DNA of 64,000 nucleotides from assembly GCA_002189035.1 (NCBI GenBank), contig NEEC01000010.1, forward strand, positions 2,976,001-3,040,000, given 5' to 3'. The stretch comes from Utricularia gibba (lineage: Eukaryota; Plantae; Magnoliophyta). The first letter of the stretch is position 1, and each line of letters starts with the position of its first letter. The notes beneath the pieces are model-generated. The model worked only from the letters and a program-made list of their open reading frames with translations. It was not told the origin of the DNA and made no database searches. This document shows positions 40,017 to 53,278 of the stretch, in pieces. The translations under genes and the position numbers were made by a program.

Positions 40017-43000
40017 TCATGTACTGTTCTGGGAGATGACTTCGCCGAACTTGAGAAAGAGTTGGGCGTCTGAGGTACTCCTCGATGTGCAGCAGTTCAC
40101 GAGATGGGGCGTTTTCAGGTTGGCGTACTCCTCGATGTAGCTCTGTCCGGAGGGCGGCGGAGTAGAATTGGACGTCGGTTTCTCGTCCGTGGAGGTGGGG
40201 GGCATCAGTGATCCGAGGACGCGAACAACCTCGTGCATCGATGGCCGATCGACCGGCTGCCGCTTGGTGCAGAGGAGGGCGAGTTGGAAGACTTTCTTCA
40301 CCTCTCCGAGGTCCTGGCATGTGTCCACTATCTCCGGGTCGACGGTTTCCATCACGGAGTTGTTTGATGCTTTCGCTAGAATCTGCAACGAAAAGGAATC
40401 GGGATTCGAGTGGGGTTGAACGACATGGTGTTGTTGATGATGATGATAGTAGACAAGGGATTAGGGCTGACCAAGTGATGAAGATTGCATTCGTTATCCA
40501 CAGCTTTCTTTCCGGTGAGCAGCTCGAGGAGCACGATTCCGAAGCTGTAGACGTCGGATTTCTCCGTCAGGCGGGAGGTTCGGGCGTACTCTGGGTCTAT
40601 GTACCCAATGGTTCCCATCAGATAAGTAGAGGTATGCGTCTTGGATGTGCACAGGCTCTTGGCAATGCCGAAATCCGTGAGGTGGGGCTCGAAGTCCTTG
40701 TCCAGCAAGATGTTCGACGATTTGACATCACGGTGGATGATCCGGGGGCTACAATCGTGGTGCAGATAAGCGAGCCCCTGAGCAGACCCCATGGCAATAC
40801 GTAGCCGTGTCAACCAGTCAAGCTTCTTCTTCTTGGCACTCCCTGGGGATGATGATCCACCCATCAGTATCTTCTTGTGAATCAGACAGAAATGGAAATC
40901 GAAGTCAGAGCCTTACCGTGGAGAAGGTCCCAAAGGCTCCCGTTCTCCATGTAATCATAGAAGAGCAGATTCCCAGAAGGTGAAAGCGAGTACCCTTGGA
41001 GACAAACAAGATTCCGATGCTTAATGCTCCCCACAGTCTCCAGCTCGGTCTCGAACTCCTTCAGGCAATGTGGGTAGGAGTATAGTTTCTTGATAGCCAC
41101 CGGCCGACAGTTCTTTAAGACGCACTTGTACACAGTGCTCGAGGCTCCATAGCCGATTATATACTTCTCACTCAAGTTATCTGTCATCCGCATGATATCT
41201 TCGTAGACATGAAGAGCCATGTTCATGTTGAGGATCACAAGCTTCGGAGTAGAATAAGTTACTGCAAATACATGAGGGGATGATGGATCAGCAGGGATTC
41301 TCCATCGTGAAGAACATAAGCTGCTTGTAGCAGAACAGAACCTGGTTTGCTAGGTGAGCCATCCACGAAAGATCTTGATGGGTATGGCCGATAGGCAGCA
41401 ATTAAGATCAAAAGGAGAATAAACAATGCACCTAGAGCTATCCCAAGAATAGCAGCTTTCGGAATCGATGCTGCACACCATTCCAAACCAGTTAGTGAAT
41501 ATTAAGCTTATCATGCAAAGAGAGTGACAGATGAAAGCTTGCCTCTTTCAGGAGGATGCGATGCCTGGCAAGACTTGTGGAGCCAATAACCACAGAGGCC
41601 GGGATTTCCAAGGAAACTGACATCAGAAACAGGTGAAAGGAAGACGTAGATGGATGATGAGAAAACACAAGAGGAAAATTACCTGTCAGGACGGAACCGT
41701 GAGAAGTTACTTCCAGAGGGAATATATCCAACCAGATTGTTATATGAGACATTGCTGCAGTAAAACATTCGTGTCAGAGAAAGAAACTTCATTACAGAAA
41801 TTACATTGGATTCCCACAGAGCAGCCACAAATATGACACTTACAGAACTGTGAGACTTATACAGTTAGCAAGAAATGTAGCATCACCACCCAAGTTGTTG
41901 TTTTCCAGCTTCCTGCAAATATTTTGGGAAGAAAGCAGATACACAAGTCAGTACTACAGCTTCTTTCTTTAACGGTAACCGAAGAAATAATGATTGAACT
42001 TACAGCAAGAAAATATTTTGAAGCTGGCTTAGCTCCTTGGGAATAGAACCCGATAAATGGTTATTGGAAACGTCTCTGTAAGAACCAAAACATGCTATCC
42101 AATTACCTACCGAAGCAGCATATGACGGATAACTAAAATGAAGTGTTCTTACATTTCCATGATACTCCTTAAGTTACCAAACTCTGAAGGTATTGATCCA
42201 GTCAACTGATTGTTGCTTAAGTTGCTGCAGAACAAATTTGGAAAGTGAGGTACAGAAGCGTAATTGCAGGATCAGCCACCAAACTTACAGTTTCAGGAGA
42301 TGTTCCAAATCTCCAAGAGATGAAGGCAAAGAACCATTAAGCATGTTACTGGAAAGGTCTCTGCTCCAAGCCAGTGACAGTGGGATTATTATGAAAACCA
42401 GAAAGTAAAGAGTTGTGCTTGATTTAACAAACTCGAGACTTACATTGTGTCCAAATTGCCAATGCGTGACAGTTCAATAGGAACTGGCCCCATCAGATGA
42501 TTTGATGAAATGTTCCTAAGTCAAGTATTCTGAACATTAGAAGACGCAATTTCCAGAAACTAAACACCATATTTAGATCTCAGATGTTACAGATATGTCA
42601 TTCTCTCCAACTTCTGAAAAGCCAGGGGAATTGTTCCATTCAGTTTGTTTCCATGAACATTCCTGTAAAGAAAATTGAAGAGTAAGCAGACTTGCATCTA
42701 GATAAGAATTGGAGAGTTTATGATGATATACTTACAAGCTATTGAGATTGGCACAAGAGCTGAGATTTTCGGGTATTGGCCCCTCCAGGTTATTGTTTGC
42801 CAAATTTCTACATTTGAATAAACATTGTAAGTCTTGATTCGAGACATCATTGGAGATAGGGGCAATTTGAAACATACAGATCAAACAAATCTGTGAGCTT
42901 CCCCAGTTCCAGAGGAATGGATCCAGTTAAAAAGTTATCATTCAGTTCCCTGGAAAAACTAGGATTAACGAAGGACTTGTGTAGGTGAGAGCATAAAGCA

Positions 43001-45277
43001 GTACAGAGATTCATACAAGTAGTGAAGCTTTGACATATCTCCCAGCTCAGGGGGATGGACCCCGTCAGCTGATTACTATGAAGATACCTATTAGCGAAAA
43101 TTCTGGTTACTAGATGCCAAGAAACGGGGAAACATTTCAAGAGCCAGGCTCACAGACATCACTTACAGCTTCTCAGTGTAACTCAAATTCCCAAGAATGG
43201 GTGGGATGGTTCCGGTCAACATATTATAGCTAAGATCCCTGGAACAGCAGAATGCAAAATGAATATCTGTTAAATGTAATGTGCATGCAGATAAAATTCA
43301 TGGAAAGCTGTCACAACAGAAGAATTTCTTACAATACGGCCAGTGCCTGCATAAGACCAATTACAGAAGGGATTTCCCCGCTGAAACGATTGTTTTGAAG
43401 AGACCTACATTTGACATGTCATTCATTGTTCATCACTTGTCTGTTTGATTCTAAATGCCCCAAAGAAATGACAAAGTGATATTGGTTTGAGCATCTTACA
43501 ATGTAGCGACCTGGAGAAATCCTATATTGAATGGAATCTCACCTGAAAAATTGTTGTACGACAGGTCCCTAGCATCCATATATTTCTTTCTTAGATCAAC
43601 TGTATTTTAATGTTTCCGCAGGAAAAAAAACTACCCTGAATCAGATACTTACAGAACCTGGAAGGACGTACAGTTGCCAATGTTATCTGGTATTACGCCA
43701 CTCAAGCTGTTGTTCCTAACATCACTGAACAAATCAAATCCATCAGACGAGTAAGATTCGACATGTTGTAATGGAAAAATCTGAAGAGAAAATTAGAAGA
43801 TGGAGATAAGATACTCACAAATACCACAATGAGGTCAACTGGCAAATATCAGGAGAGAGAGCTCCTTGAAGGTTGTTGCTCCTCAGCCCACTGATCAAAA
43901 TCCAGAAAGCAGCTTCAATGTTTATTTCAAAGTGGGAAGCGCTGATGGTCGAGATACCAACCAAAATTTTAACTTACAGGAACTGCAGAACTTCATTCCA
44001 ATATAGCAACCTCGGAATCTCACCACTCAGATTGTTTTGAGCTAAGTCACTACAGAATCGATACATTCAAAAAAGGAACAATTTCAGAGCATTCCATCAC
44101 AGGAAGCAGAAATTACAATAATGCAGAACAAGCCTTACAGAATTTTCAGATTAGGAATCTGTGAGAGTGTCGATGGGATTGGACCAATCAAATGATTGCT
44201 TTTTAAGATCCTGCGAGTGCACGGGATGTAAACAACAAAGGATAAAAGAATCACAACATTTCACAAATAGGATTTCATCATCCTGAAACTCACAAATTTT
44301 CTAGCTGCTTAAGCTTTGAAATGGAGAAGGGAATGTCGCCATGGAGCTCATTAAAAGACAGATCCCTGATAACACACCAGGAATATTAATACAATCGCAG
44401 TGTCGACTGTGGGTATTCCTCCATCCCATGAATAAAGTGTTATGCAGACTTACAAGCTTTTCAAAGATGAACAATCTCCAATCTCATCTGGAATTTGCCC
44501 AGATAGTAAATTCCCTCTCAGATCACTGGTTGAAACGAAATGAGAAAAATGATATACTACTAAACCTATCATACCAACAATCACAAAAATCAACTGCATT
44601 TTACATGGAGATCAGGCCTTTAAGCCTTCCTATTGCAGGTGAAATTTCTCCATCCAGGTTCAAACCCGAAAGATTCCTGAAGCATGATCAAATTACAAAT
44701 GCCACACTTTTGGGGTGAAAACCCTGTAACAGAAAAAGGAACAACATCATGTAAAACAAGTAAACAAACTTACAATGCAGCCACATTAAGGGTGACATTG
44801 TCACAAGTGATCCCTCGCCAAGCACAGAAATCTGAAGAGGGTGAATCCTTCCAGTCATAAAGCACATTATTAACATCCTTAAACGATCGCTTAATCTCCA
44901 GCAAAGTTGCCCCTGTTTTTTCGAGGAAAAATTAGAATAAAATAATACTCAAAAATTAGAACTTGAACTGATCCTGCAGACAAGTGACGAAGAGTAAAAA
45001 GAGAGAGAAAAAACATAGATTAGTATAGACAGTGACGTGATTAATTAGTGAAAGACAAACAGAACCAACTGCTTTCTAGAGAAAATAACAAAGCATGGAC
45101 CAGCAATGTATGGATCTCCAATACGACGCTCACGATAAGCCAAAATTGAAGACAACCCAGATAACTAAACAGCAGCAACGACTAACGCTCACCGTCGTCG
45201 CAACTCACAGATGCAGCTAAACATAAGAGCGCCGCTACAAACCCTGAAAGGGCAAATCTTTCCCGGAAACCCACCAT
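40017..45277 (-). CDS. ER: ERECTA LRR receptor-like kinase, 27 exons traced; one apparent -1 frameshift at 43050-43054
   Basis: Signal peptide; [21 protein letters not shown]; series of one-LRR exons of about 72 nt; [15 protein letters not shown] helix; [20 protein letters not shown]; [11 protein letters not shown]; DFG; [10 protein letters not shown]; C-terminal [15 protein letters not shown]. Confidence 0.97.
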
Positions 45278-46782
45278 TTCCAGCTTGCAGAAACCAGTTA
45301 GCTGGGTATACAGGCTGTGAAGAAGAGATTTCCTCGCAAAATAGCTTCTCAACGCTCCAGAATATACTAGTGAGCGGAGCACATTGAACGGTTAAGGCTA
45401 AATGGGCATAGCTAAAGCTGCAATTTCAGCAGCTAAGCAAAACACGACTTGGATTTGCAGACGAAGAAGATAAGAATGAAACAAGGAAGAAGAAAACAGC
45501 TGAGTTTCAAGCAAGGTCCATATGCTATAAGGGACTGCGAAGAAATGTGATAAGGTGCAGGCTTTGTTTTCTATTGTTCAATCACATCTTTCTGCAGCGC
45601 CAGAGAACTTGCTGGTGAGAGGTTTTAAGAGAGAAATAAATTGAAAGCATTGCATGTAAGTAAATGTGGAGAGAGAAGACATTTTTTTTGAAGGAAATTA
45701 TTTGAAGGGGGAAAAGTTAAAGGACCATCTGCAAACTTCTGATCCCATCTGCTGCATCAATACACTCACCCACATTTTCCCTTGCCAGTTTTCTTCCTCC
45801 TTTACATCACAAAGCATCAATCACACCTTCTCTTTCCATCTCTACCTATAGATACAAAAATACTCTCCCTCTCCTCTTCTGACTTTGACTGACCCGGAAA
45901 ATCTCTTGGACCTTACACCATTTTCATTTATCATCTCCTCTACCCAGTACCACCTTAGAAGGGGATCTGTCCTCGAGTAAGTTTCTGCAAATGGTCCCTC
46001 AAGCGTTAGCACAAAAATTGAACCTTTAATTTCATGTTCCCTCAACATTGAACCAATATCAAGTCACTTTCTCCACAGAGCCATAGAGCTGAGAAGGGCA
46101 ATGGATTCTTTCAGTTACAACTCAAGCACTTTTTTCTTCCCCTTCAACCCAATTTTTCTATAAGGGTGTAAGGTTGATATCATCGTAGATCTTAGCTAGC
46201 AACCTACATGTGGTTAAAAAATATATCTTTTCCCTTTCCCCCCTTCCTCCACCAGAAACCCATTAATCAATTTGTGCTGGTTTTCCCCACTTCCACTACA
46301 CCACTCCAGTTCATTTCACCCCCTACACACTTTCTCCTATTTCCTTCCAAGTCCATTTCTAGGCACCCATTTAAACTTTTTACATGCAACATCTACTCTC
46401 AGTCACCGTAACTCTCCAGTCAAAAACACACTGCACTTCACATGTTTTGAACGCAGCATTAAAATCTTCATGTTTCACCCATCCATTCACACCAAGATCC
46501 GAACTTTACCTGATTATCAGCGTTTGCAGACAAACGGGACGATGCAACCGTTTGGAGGCATGCGTATTTGCAAGTTTGAACTTTGAATGATTTCATTCAA
46601 TTACTGTTGCTCTATTTCATTATTATATTCAAAGAAATCACAAAACAATAATATCAAAAAATGGAGGGGTCGTTTTAAACACTTATTTAAATAAAAGGTT
46701 CAGAATTTAAAATTTAGATTTCAACATCGCCCCTTTTTCCCGTAATCTTTGTTTAGCAAGCATTGCGGAAGTAAATAACAAC

Positions 46783-47500
46783 TGGGCCCCATAAGTTTGT
46801 GATAATTCCAATCTTGCCCCCAAGAAAAGATATATACTTTTTAGTACATCGGGAAGGCCACCCCCTGCCTGCTCTCTGGGTTCTGATTTAAGGTGGGCCC
46901 TTCTATCACCCTTTCCCTGTCTTTTTCGAATTTCTTTTTTTAAAAATTTATTTTCCAATTTCATTACAATAAATTTAACCATAAAAAAACCTATTCCATA
47001 AAACACTGTGAAAATTAAATAATTTCTAAAATTAAAGTAAAGATATCATTATTTATTATTTATTTATATTCAGAAAAAGGGAAGACCCATGATAGCGTGG
47101 TTGGGAACCGACTTTCTGAACCGGTGTGCGTGCTTAGTTAAATTTGCTAAACATGGGCCGGGGCCCAGTGGGCTGGCAGGCGCAAGTGTGGCCCACACTG
47201 CTCGTCCGTACATGTGGGGAGGGTTCGCTCACACGTACCTATCTACCGTCTCTGGGCCACTTGTTTTCCCGGTCGCGTGGTGATTTTATTTTTCAGGTAT
47301 ATTAATTAATTAATTAAATGTGGGCTCGGGAAAAAAAAAAGATTTAATTTCATGGTGACATGTACCATCCGAGTAACGTTACCATCATCATCAACATCAT
47401 CATCATCACCATCTCATCTATATAATATCTGGAGGAATATGTGAATTATTGCAGCAGCAGGCATTATGTGAATGCGAGATGGTGGGCCCACAGGCACGTG
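46783..47500. promoter_or_regulatory. Cluster of TCP/site II-type motifs and a G-box in the long ERECTA upstream region
   Basis: TGGGCCCC near 46782, GTGGGCCC near 46873, GC island about 47090-47280 with several TGGGCC/GGCCCA, palindrome GTGGGCCCAC 47482-47491 next to CACGTG 47495-47500. Confidence 0.45.
47383..47412. repeat. Imperfect (CAT)n microsatellite
   Basis: CATCATCATCAACATCATCATCATCACCAT. Confidence 0.85.
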
Positions 47501-48338
47501 CTTCAGATTCAAATTCAGCACAGAATGTTATTGCAGGTAGCCCCATCCCTCCCATTCAATTTCCTTTTTTTTTTAGAAAAATGTATAATATTATATAGAA
47601 AAATATTGAAATTGTTCTTTTTGAAAACCCCATATTTATTTTTTATTAAGATATATAAAAATATTTCTATGTAAATTATCATAGTAAATACACATTATTT
47701 TCCCCTAATTAAGTATATAGTTTGTACAACTTATTTCATAACTTTTATTTATAAAGTAAATAAAAGTTATTAAATAAATAAAATTCAATAAGCAACTATG
47801 GTTTACGAGGACAATTATTGGAAAAATTGGTGATTAATATGGTAAACGTAACTTATAAATTGGGTTTTAATTAAAAATGTAATCAAATTTAAAATAATTA
47901 GAAGTTAAATAAATGTTTGAATAAAAATTATACATAAATAAAAGTCAAGATAATATGTAATAAATAATTTAATTTTTACTTTAAGTAAAAAGTCAAAAAA
48001 TAAATCGTGTAGGTTATACTAAATAGTAATATCAATCAATTTTAATTTACTTATTAAAAATTATTTTTCAAGAAATAAATTTGAAAATTTTAATTTTAAA
48101 AGAGTAAAATTATTTACTGGACCGGACGAACCAATTTAACCTAGAAGCGAGAACCGGAATCATTCTGAAAATGTGCTCATCGCTTTCTGGGCCGCGTCAG
48201 TCCAGGAAGAGATTATGGAGCAACAAAGGAAACTGCAAAAGACAGTTTGGGAGATGAAGCCCATGGGCATGGACAAGCTTGCACAGCTGCTAGCTATGAA
48301 AATCAGACAGCTGGTGGGAGAAGACTACAAGGTGTCTG

Positions 48339-50918
48339 TCACCAAGCTTTTTCAGCAGGAGCAGTTAGATCAACTTGCTGGGGAAGGGGATGATATCTGA
48401 TATCCAGCTCTTCCAGCATAGTCTTGAGACCAAGAACCAGATCGGTTCTCCGCCGGTTCTTCTCGCCGACGTCTTGAAAGTTCATCGTGTGGTTGAAGAA
48501 GAGGACCATCTTGATCTTGTTCACATTCTCTATCTCCCTGACCACCAGATTGTGATTAGGATGCCAGTGCTGGGGATTGTTTTCCAAGAACCTGGGAGCG
48601 CAACAAAAGAAGTATGAGTTTGGATATGGTTTCTTGCATGGAGTGTGCAACGCAACTCATGCCTTTTGATCTTCTCTTTCAAGAGGCCTATTTTCTCCAT
48701 AGGTGTCTTGAAACCTATGCTGAATTCCAGGGAATCGCCCATGTCTGGGCTTCTGTAGAAGTTGCTGATAGGCTTCATCGCTAGAACGGAGTTGGGGTAG
48801 TATATCATCTCATTGTCAAACCTCAAGAATACTGTTGTCAAGATGTTCATCTCTTCCACAATCATCTGTGATCATGAATTAGGCACAAGTGAGAAGGAAC
48901 ATGAAGGTATGGAAAAGCAGGAAGAGCTCTAGAGTCTTACTTGAACGCCATCAACAACGCAACGATCACCAACATCAAAAGGGTGCATTACAAACACAAA
49001 GATTATGGCTTCAAATATAGTCTTGCAAGTGTTTCCGAACATGAAAGCTGCTAGAACTAGCTGTGAAGAAAGAAAGACCAGAACTTTGGTTGACGCTATT
49101 CCAGTGAGGAAAAGCCATACTAGTATCATGATGATGACCAGAATCACAGATATTAGATTGTTCAGTTGCTTGACAGCAGTTTTGGTGTCATTCAGTGCAT
49201 GAGCTAATGCTTTACGGTCCTTGAAAACCTTCAGCTGCATAAGGTATTCACACCCAAACAGGAGTAAGAGTGAGGTTGCTATCAATCAAAGAGTTGCAGA
49301 GGAAGAAAGGTGAGACGTACCACCCATTCAGTTAGGCATTTTCGATCTATCTTCCCAGTTTCAGACACATCGATCATTGGAAAAACAAATTCAACCTCCT
49401 CTTTGATCATAAATCTTCTGAAGTCAAGTTCATCCAGGTACCTGCAGATATAAAGGTCTGATAAAAAACCAGTGTTTGATTCAGTAAAAACTATGGAAAC
49501 AGGCTACTGACTCACGTGGAATATGGCCGGGCTACATTTCTGAATATGTGATACGCAGCAGCAATAGCCATATCCTCATTTGTTATTTCCTCATCTGTCT
49601 GTTCTACGCCACCATTGCAGAAGCTTTCTCCAATTGTAGATGAAAGTGTTGTAAGACCAGAATTCGACACAACATCAACAAGCATCTTCATGGTCCATGC
49701 AGATACCTTTTCTTGCTTCATTCTATGGAGTTTGCTGATATCAATAACCTGCTTCTCCTTCTCCTTCTTCCCTTCTTTACCCTTCTTTGTGATGCGGAGG
49801 CTGATCCGACTTCCATTGCTGGCTGTTCTACCCAAAATGTGTGATGATTCCATAACTGGTGGCCCAGATAGTGTCATTAGTATATACTGATTGAAGATGG
49901 CTTCCTGAATCCTATCGAAGAACGTATTCACGTGGAATGTTGATGCCAATATCTTCACCAGTAGCGTCTTAAGAAGCCATATGAATGCACCCAGAAGTGA
50001 GGAAGCAATGCTCCATGCTATGAAGTCAAGAACTCGAGCAGCCGTTGGTGATCCCTTCACACCTTCTTTGAAGAGAAGAATCCAAGTGACGAGCACCAAA
50101 GTTAACCAAATGAATACCTGAACGCTCCTTTTCAGTCCGTAGACAAAGTAAAGGACTTTCTTTTTTAGCAGAAAGTTGAGCTCAATCAGTAGAACAACGA
50201 GATCTATCAACCATCTTGTAACCAACATACCACTAAATGTCACTAACACAAGCACGAGATACTTCCAAAGGAGCAATCCCCATAGGGTGAACTCTCGCAG
50301 CTTACTGATGGCCAAGCTTGAAATCAAGCTGCCAAGAATGCAGAGAAACAACAACCATTCCAGCAAGACTATGACTTTCACCTTCCTATGCTTCAGCTTT
50401 TTCTTGTTGTTAACTTTCTTGTATATTTCCTCGTCTTCATCCATCGATCCAAAAACACCATGAGAAGATCTTACTGGGGTTTTAGGAGGAATCAAGAAAT
50501 CATCGTCTGCTTCTTTGGTGCTAGGACTGTGCATCTCCTGTCTAGGTGAGCCCCTATCATTTTCTTCATGCACATAGTTGTCAACTGGCACAGAATGGTC
50601 ACCAAATCTAGATTTTGGCTTCGAGAAAACGGATCTTGATAAGGATTTTCTCCTGGTAACATTCTGGGGTTGGGGTATTTTGGGGGGCTTATTCGAGCTG
50701 GGATTCATCCTTGAAAATTCAGGTGAAGCACAGTTCATGGCCACTGATTTTCTAGGACCAACGTTCAAATCGGTTGACAGTTTATGCGGCGAATCGGGAT
50801 AAATTTCATACTTTTGATCCTTCAAAATATCGACATTTGAATCTCTTGGAAAGTCTTCCTCTTGAGAAATCTTGATCAACACATCGTCAGAATTTCCTCG
50901 GTTACTCACCATGTTCAT
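48339..50918 (-). CDS. MSL10: MscS-like mechanosensitive channel, MSL9/10 clade, 5 exons
   Basis: N-terminal NKPPKIP..RRKSLSRSVFSKPKSRF; TM block; FHVNTFFDRIQEAIFNQYIL; KLHRMKQEKVSAWTM; FVMHPFDVGDRC; VEEMNILTTVFLR; ISNFYRSPDMGD; NHTMNFQD. Confidence 0.94.
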
Positions 50919-51678
50919 ATGCTCGTTACTCTTCCTACCTTGTCATTTCCCTCCATCGCAAAAATACCCTGCAAGGACCAGACAAAGAACACCCAATCAC
51001 GTTTGCCACCCATCAAACAACCACGAAAATCACGTCTTGGGGAAAAGAACCATATTTTATCAGCATAAATCGCTTCCCTAAACGCAGAAAACTAGCGCCC
51101 TTGTCACCTGAACTTTACAATCGAAGGAATACGCCCGCATAAGAGAAAAAGACGACCAAAAGTGATCCTTTTCACTACAAAAACACTGGCATGAAGCCAA
51201 AAAAATAGATTCTCACCTACCAGAAAGTGCCTACGGGAAGCGAACTGAAATGCAAAACAACATCTGGGCGATGAAACACCCAAGTGGGGATCTAGTGCAG
51301 AGAGCCAATAGAGGCGGTTCTCTGCTGCGACCCAACCAAGATCGTAACTTCCCGAGCGCTCGATGTCATACCAAGTCCGCTGAGTTCAGGAAACGGACAT
51401 ACAAGTGAATGTACCAATAAAAATGGCGATAGGAGATTCGGTCTTCAAAACGCACGCAAAAAGAGATTTTCTTTCCCTCCCTCCCTCCCTCCGGCGTGAC
51501 AAATTTCGAATGAATCCTACACCGTCGGAGTTTTCCTTGTCTTGGTAATAATATATTAAAAATAATACTTTAATTAAAATGTTATTATAATGTACAAACA
51601 AAATGTCATTACAAGTTGCAGCCTGACTGAAAAATCATGCCTTTATCTCTTCCATTGACGCTGCCGGAATTTCAACTT

Positions 51679-52332
51679 TCAAGCTGCGGGGAACGCCTCC
51701 CCGAGTCTACGGCAATCGACCAAGTAGGCAAATCCATAGGCCATGTTCTTCAACGTCGCATCGTGCAGCTCTGATGACGACGTCGCCGTCGCATCCGTCG
51801 AGAAAAACACCCTGAATCCTCTAACAAACGCTTCTCTCGCCGTCGTCTCACAGCACAAATTCGTCATCACTCCACTGATGATAACCTCCTCAACTCCCAT
51901 CTCTCTAAGCTTCTCCTCTAAACCAGTGCCTGCAAAAAATCAGTCAAGGATGCATCCACCCCTTGAACAACTTCAATGAAAATTAATCAGGCATCCACCG
52001 TTGAAGGCGCTGTAAGTTTCCTTGACTATGATCGGATCACCCTCCGAACGAAGCAAATCGGGGATAAGTTCCGATTCAGGTGTTCCGTCGAGGATGAGGT
52101 CACCGTTCCACCACTCAAACATTATGGATGATGGGTCAAGGGTTTTGTGGCGGTGGCGTGTATAAAAAACGGGGACGGAGGCGTCGCGGCAGAGCTTTAT
52201 CGTATCGTTGAGCTCCGGCAGAATTGGCCGGACCATGGAATCGAAGTAGTTCTGGGCATCGATTACCAGCAACGCCGAGCATCCGCCGCGAGGATACTTC
52301 TTCCGAATCTCGAACTTCTCATAGGAACCCAT
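51679..52332 (-). CDS. Nicotinamidase / isochorismatase-family hydrolase (NIC2/3-like), 2 exons
   Basis: [11 protein letters not shown] (catalytic Asp), K..YSAF (Lys), [16 protein letters not shown] (catalytic Cys), STDATAT. Confidence 0.92.
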
Positions 52333-52544
52333 GAATCAGAAACGATACGCACCAAACCCTACAACAGAGCATAAAAATTTTGGGGTTGAGATGTAATATT
52401 TGAAACTGTAGGGGTGCATCTGAAGCCCTGCAATTTCTGATAATAATTTTCGGGCCTATTATTTATATTTAGTAACAAAATTATTTTTGAAATATTCGGA
52501 ATTTTGGACTCTACAAACGTTGGCCTATTAAGCAGGATTTAAGA

Positions 52545-52638
52545 TGGGCCCCCAATTGGAATGGTACGCCCTAGGGTGTGGGCCCAGCCCATTATAGTAT
52601 CAAAACTTAATTTTAGGATGATACTGGGGAGTGGGCCC
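52545..52638. promoter_or_regulatory. Site II/TCP motif cluster in the divergent NIC-eIF4A promoter
   Basis: TGGGCC 52545, GTGGGCCC 52578-52585 and 52631-52638, between head-to-head genes. Confidence 0.6.
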
Positions 52639-53278
52639 CGCCCCGCATTTCATTCGAGAGGCTCAGGCAGTACGGTGTCGTGTCGTTCTCCATCAGACAG
52701 GAGGAGGGGGTTACATGAACACAGCTCCTTGAAAGAAGGGAGCAAACGCAGCTTCAATTAGAATCCGTGAGGAGCGCAGCGGATTCGTCTCGTTGCACTT
52801 GTCCAACTCCACGGTGTAGATCGGAGGAGTCTCTACGAAGCTTCTTTTTTTGATTGCTTCTTCAGAGGCCATTTCTTTTTCCCCGGGAGATCTTTGTCTG
52901 GATTTTTGTACATTTCAGGTTGTTAGAATCTGCAGTTATCGGAGTATTCCGTGGTTGGGAGGTTTTTTTTTGTTTGATCGGATTATGCAATGTTTTTCGG
53001 TTATTTGCTTGTGCAGTGTGTGCGTGGACAGGGTCTTCGTTTTTCAATTGTCATATGAGTGTGTTGAAGATTCGTCTTTTTTTTAACGCGTCATTTACGG
53101 TTTTCATGAATTGATGGGAAAATTGGTTTAGGATACAACATTCAGTTGTGCCTTGGTTTTCCTAATGGCAATACCTTGATAATATTTTTGTAATTGAGAA
53201 AAACCATCAAGTAGAAATGGTTCATTTTTTTTCAGTTTCTGTTTGAGCTTACATATTGTGGATCATGATTTTGCAGTC

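Noticed and set aside
39982-40804. Long alternative-frame and antisense ORFs over the ERECTA kinase exons (also over PYL, UAfT, ACA, MSL10)
   Set aside because: Shadow ORFs expected from GC-rich codon usage of the real gene.
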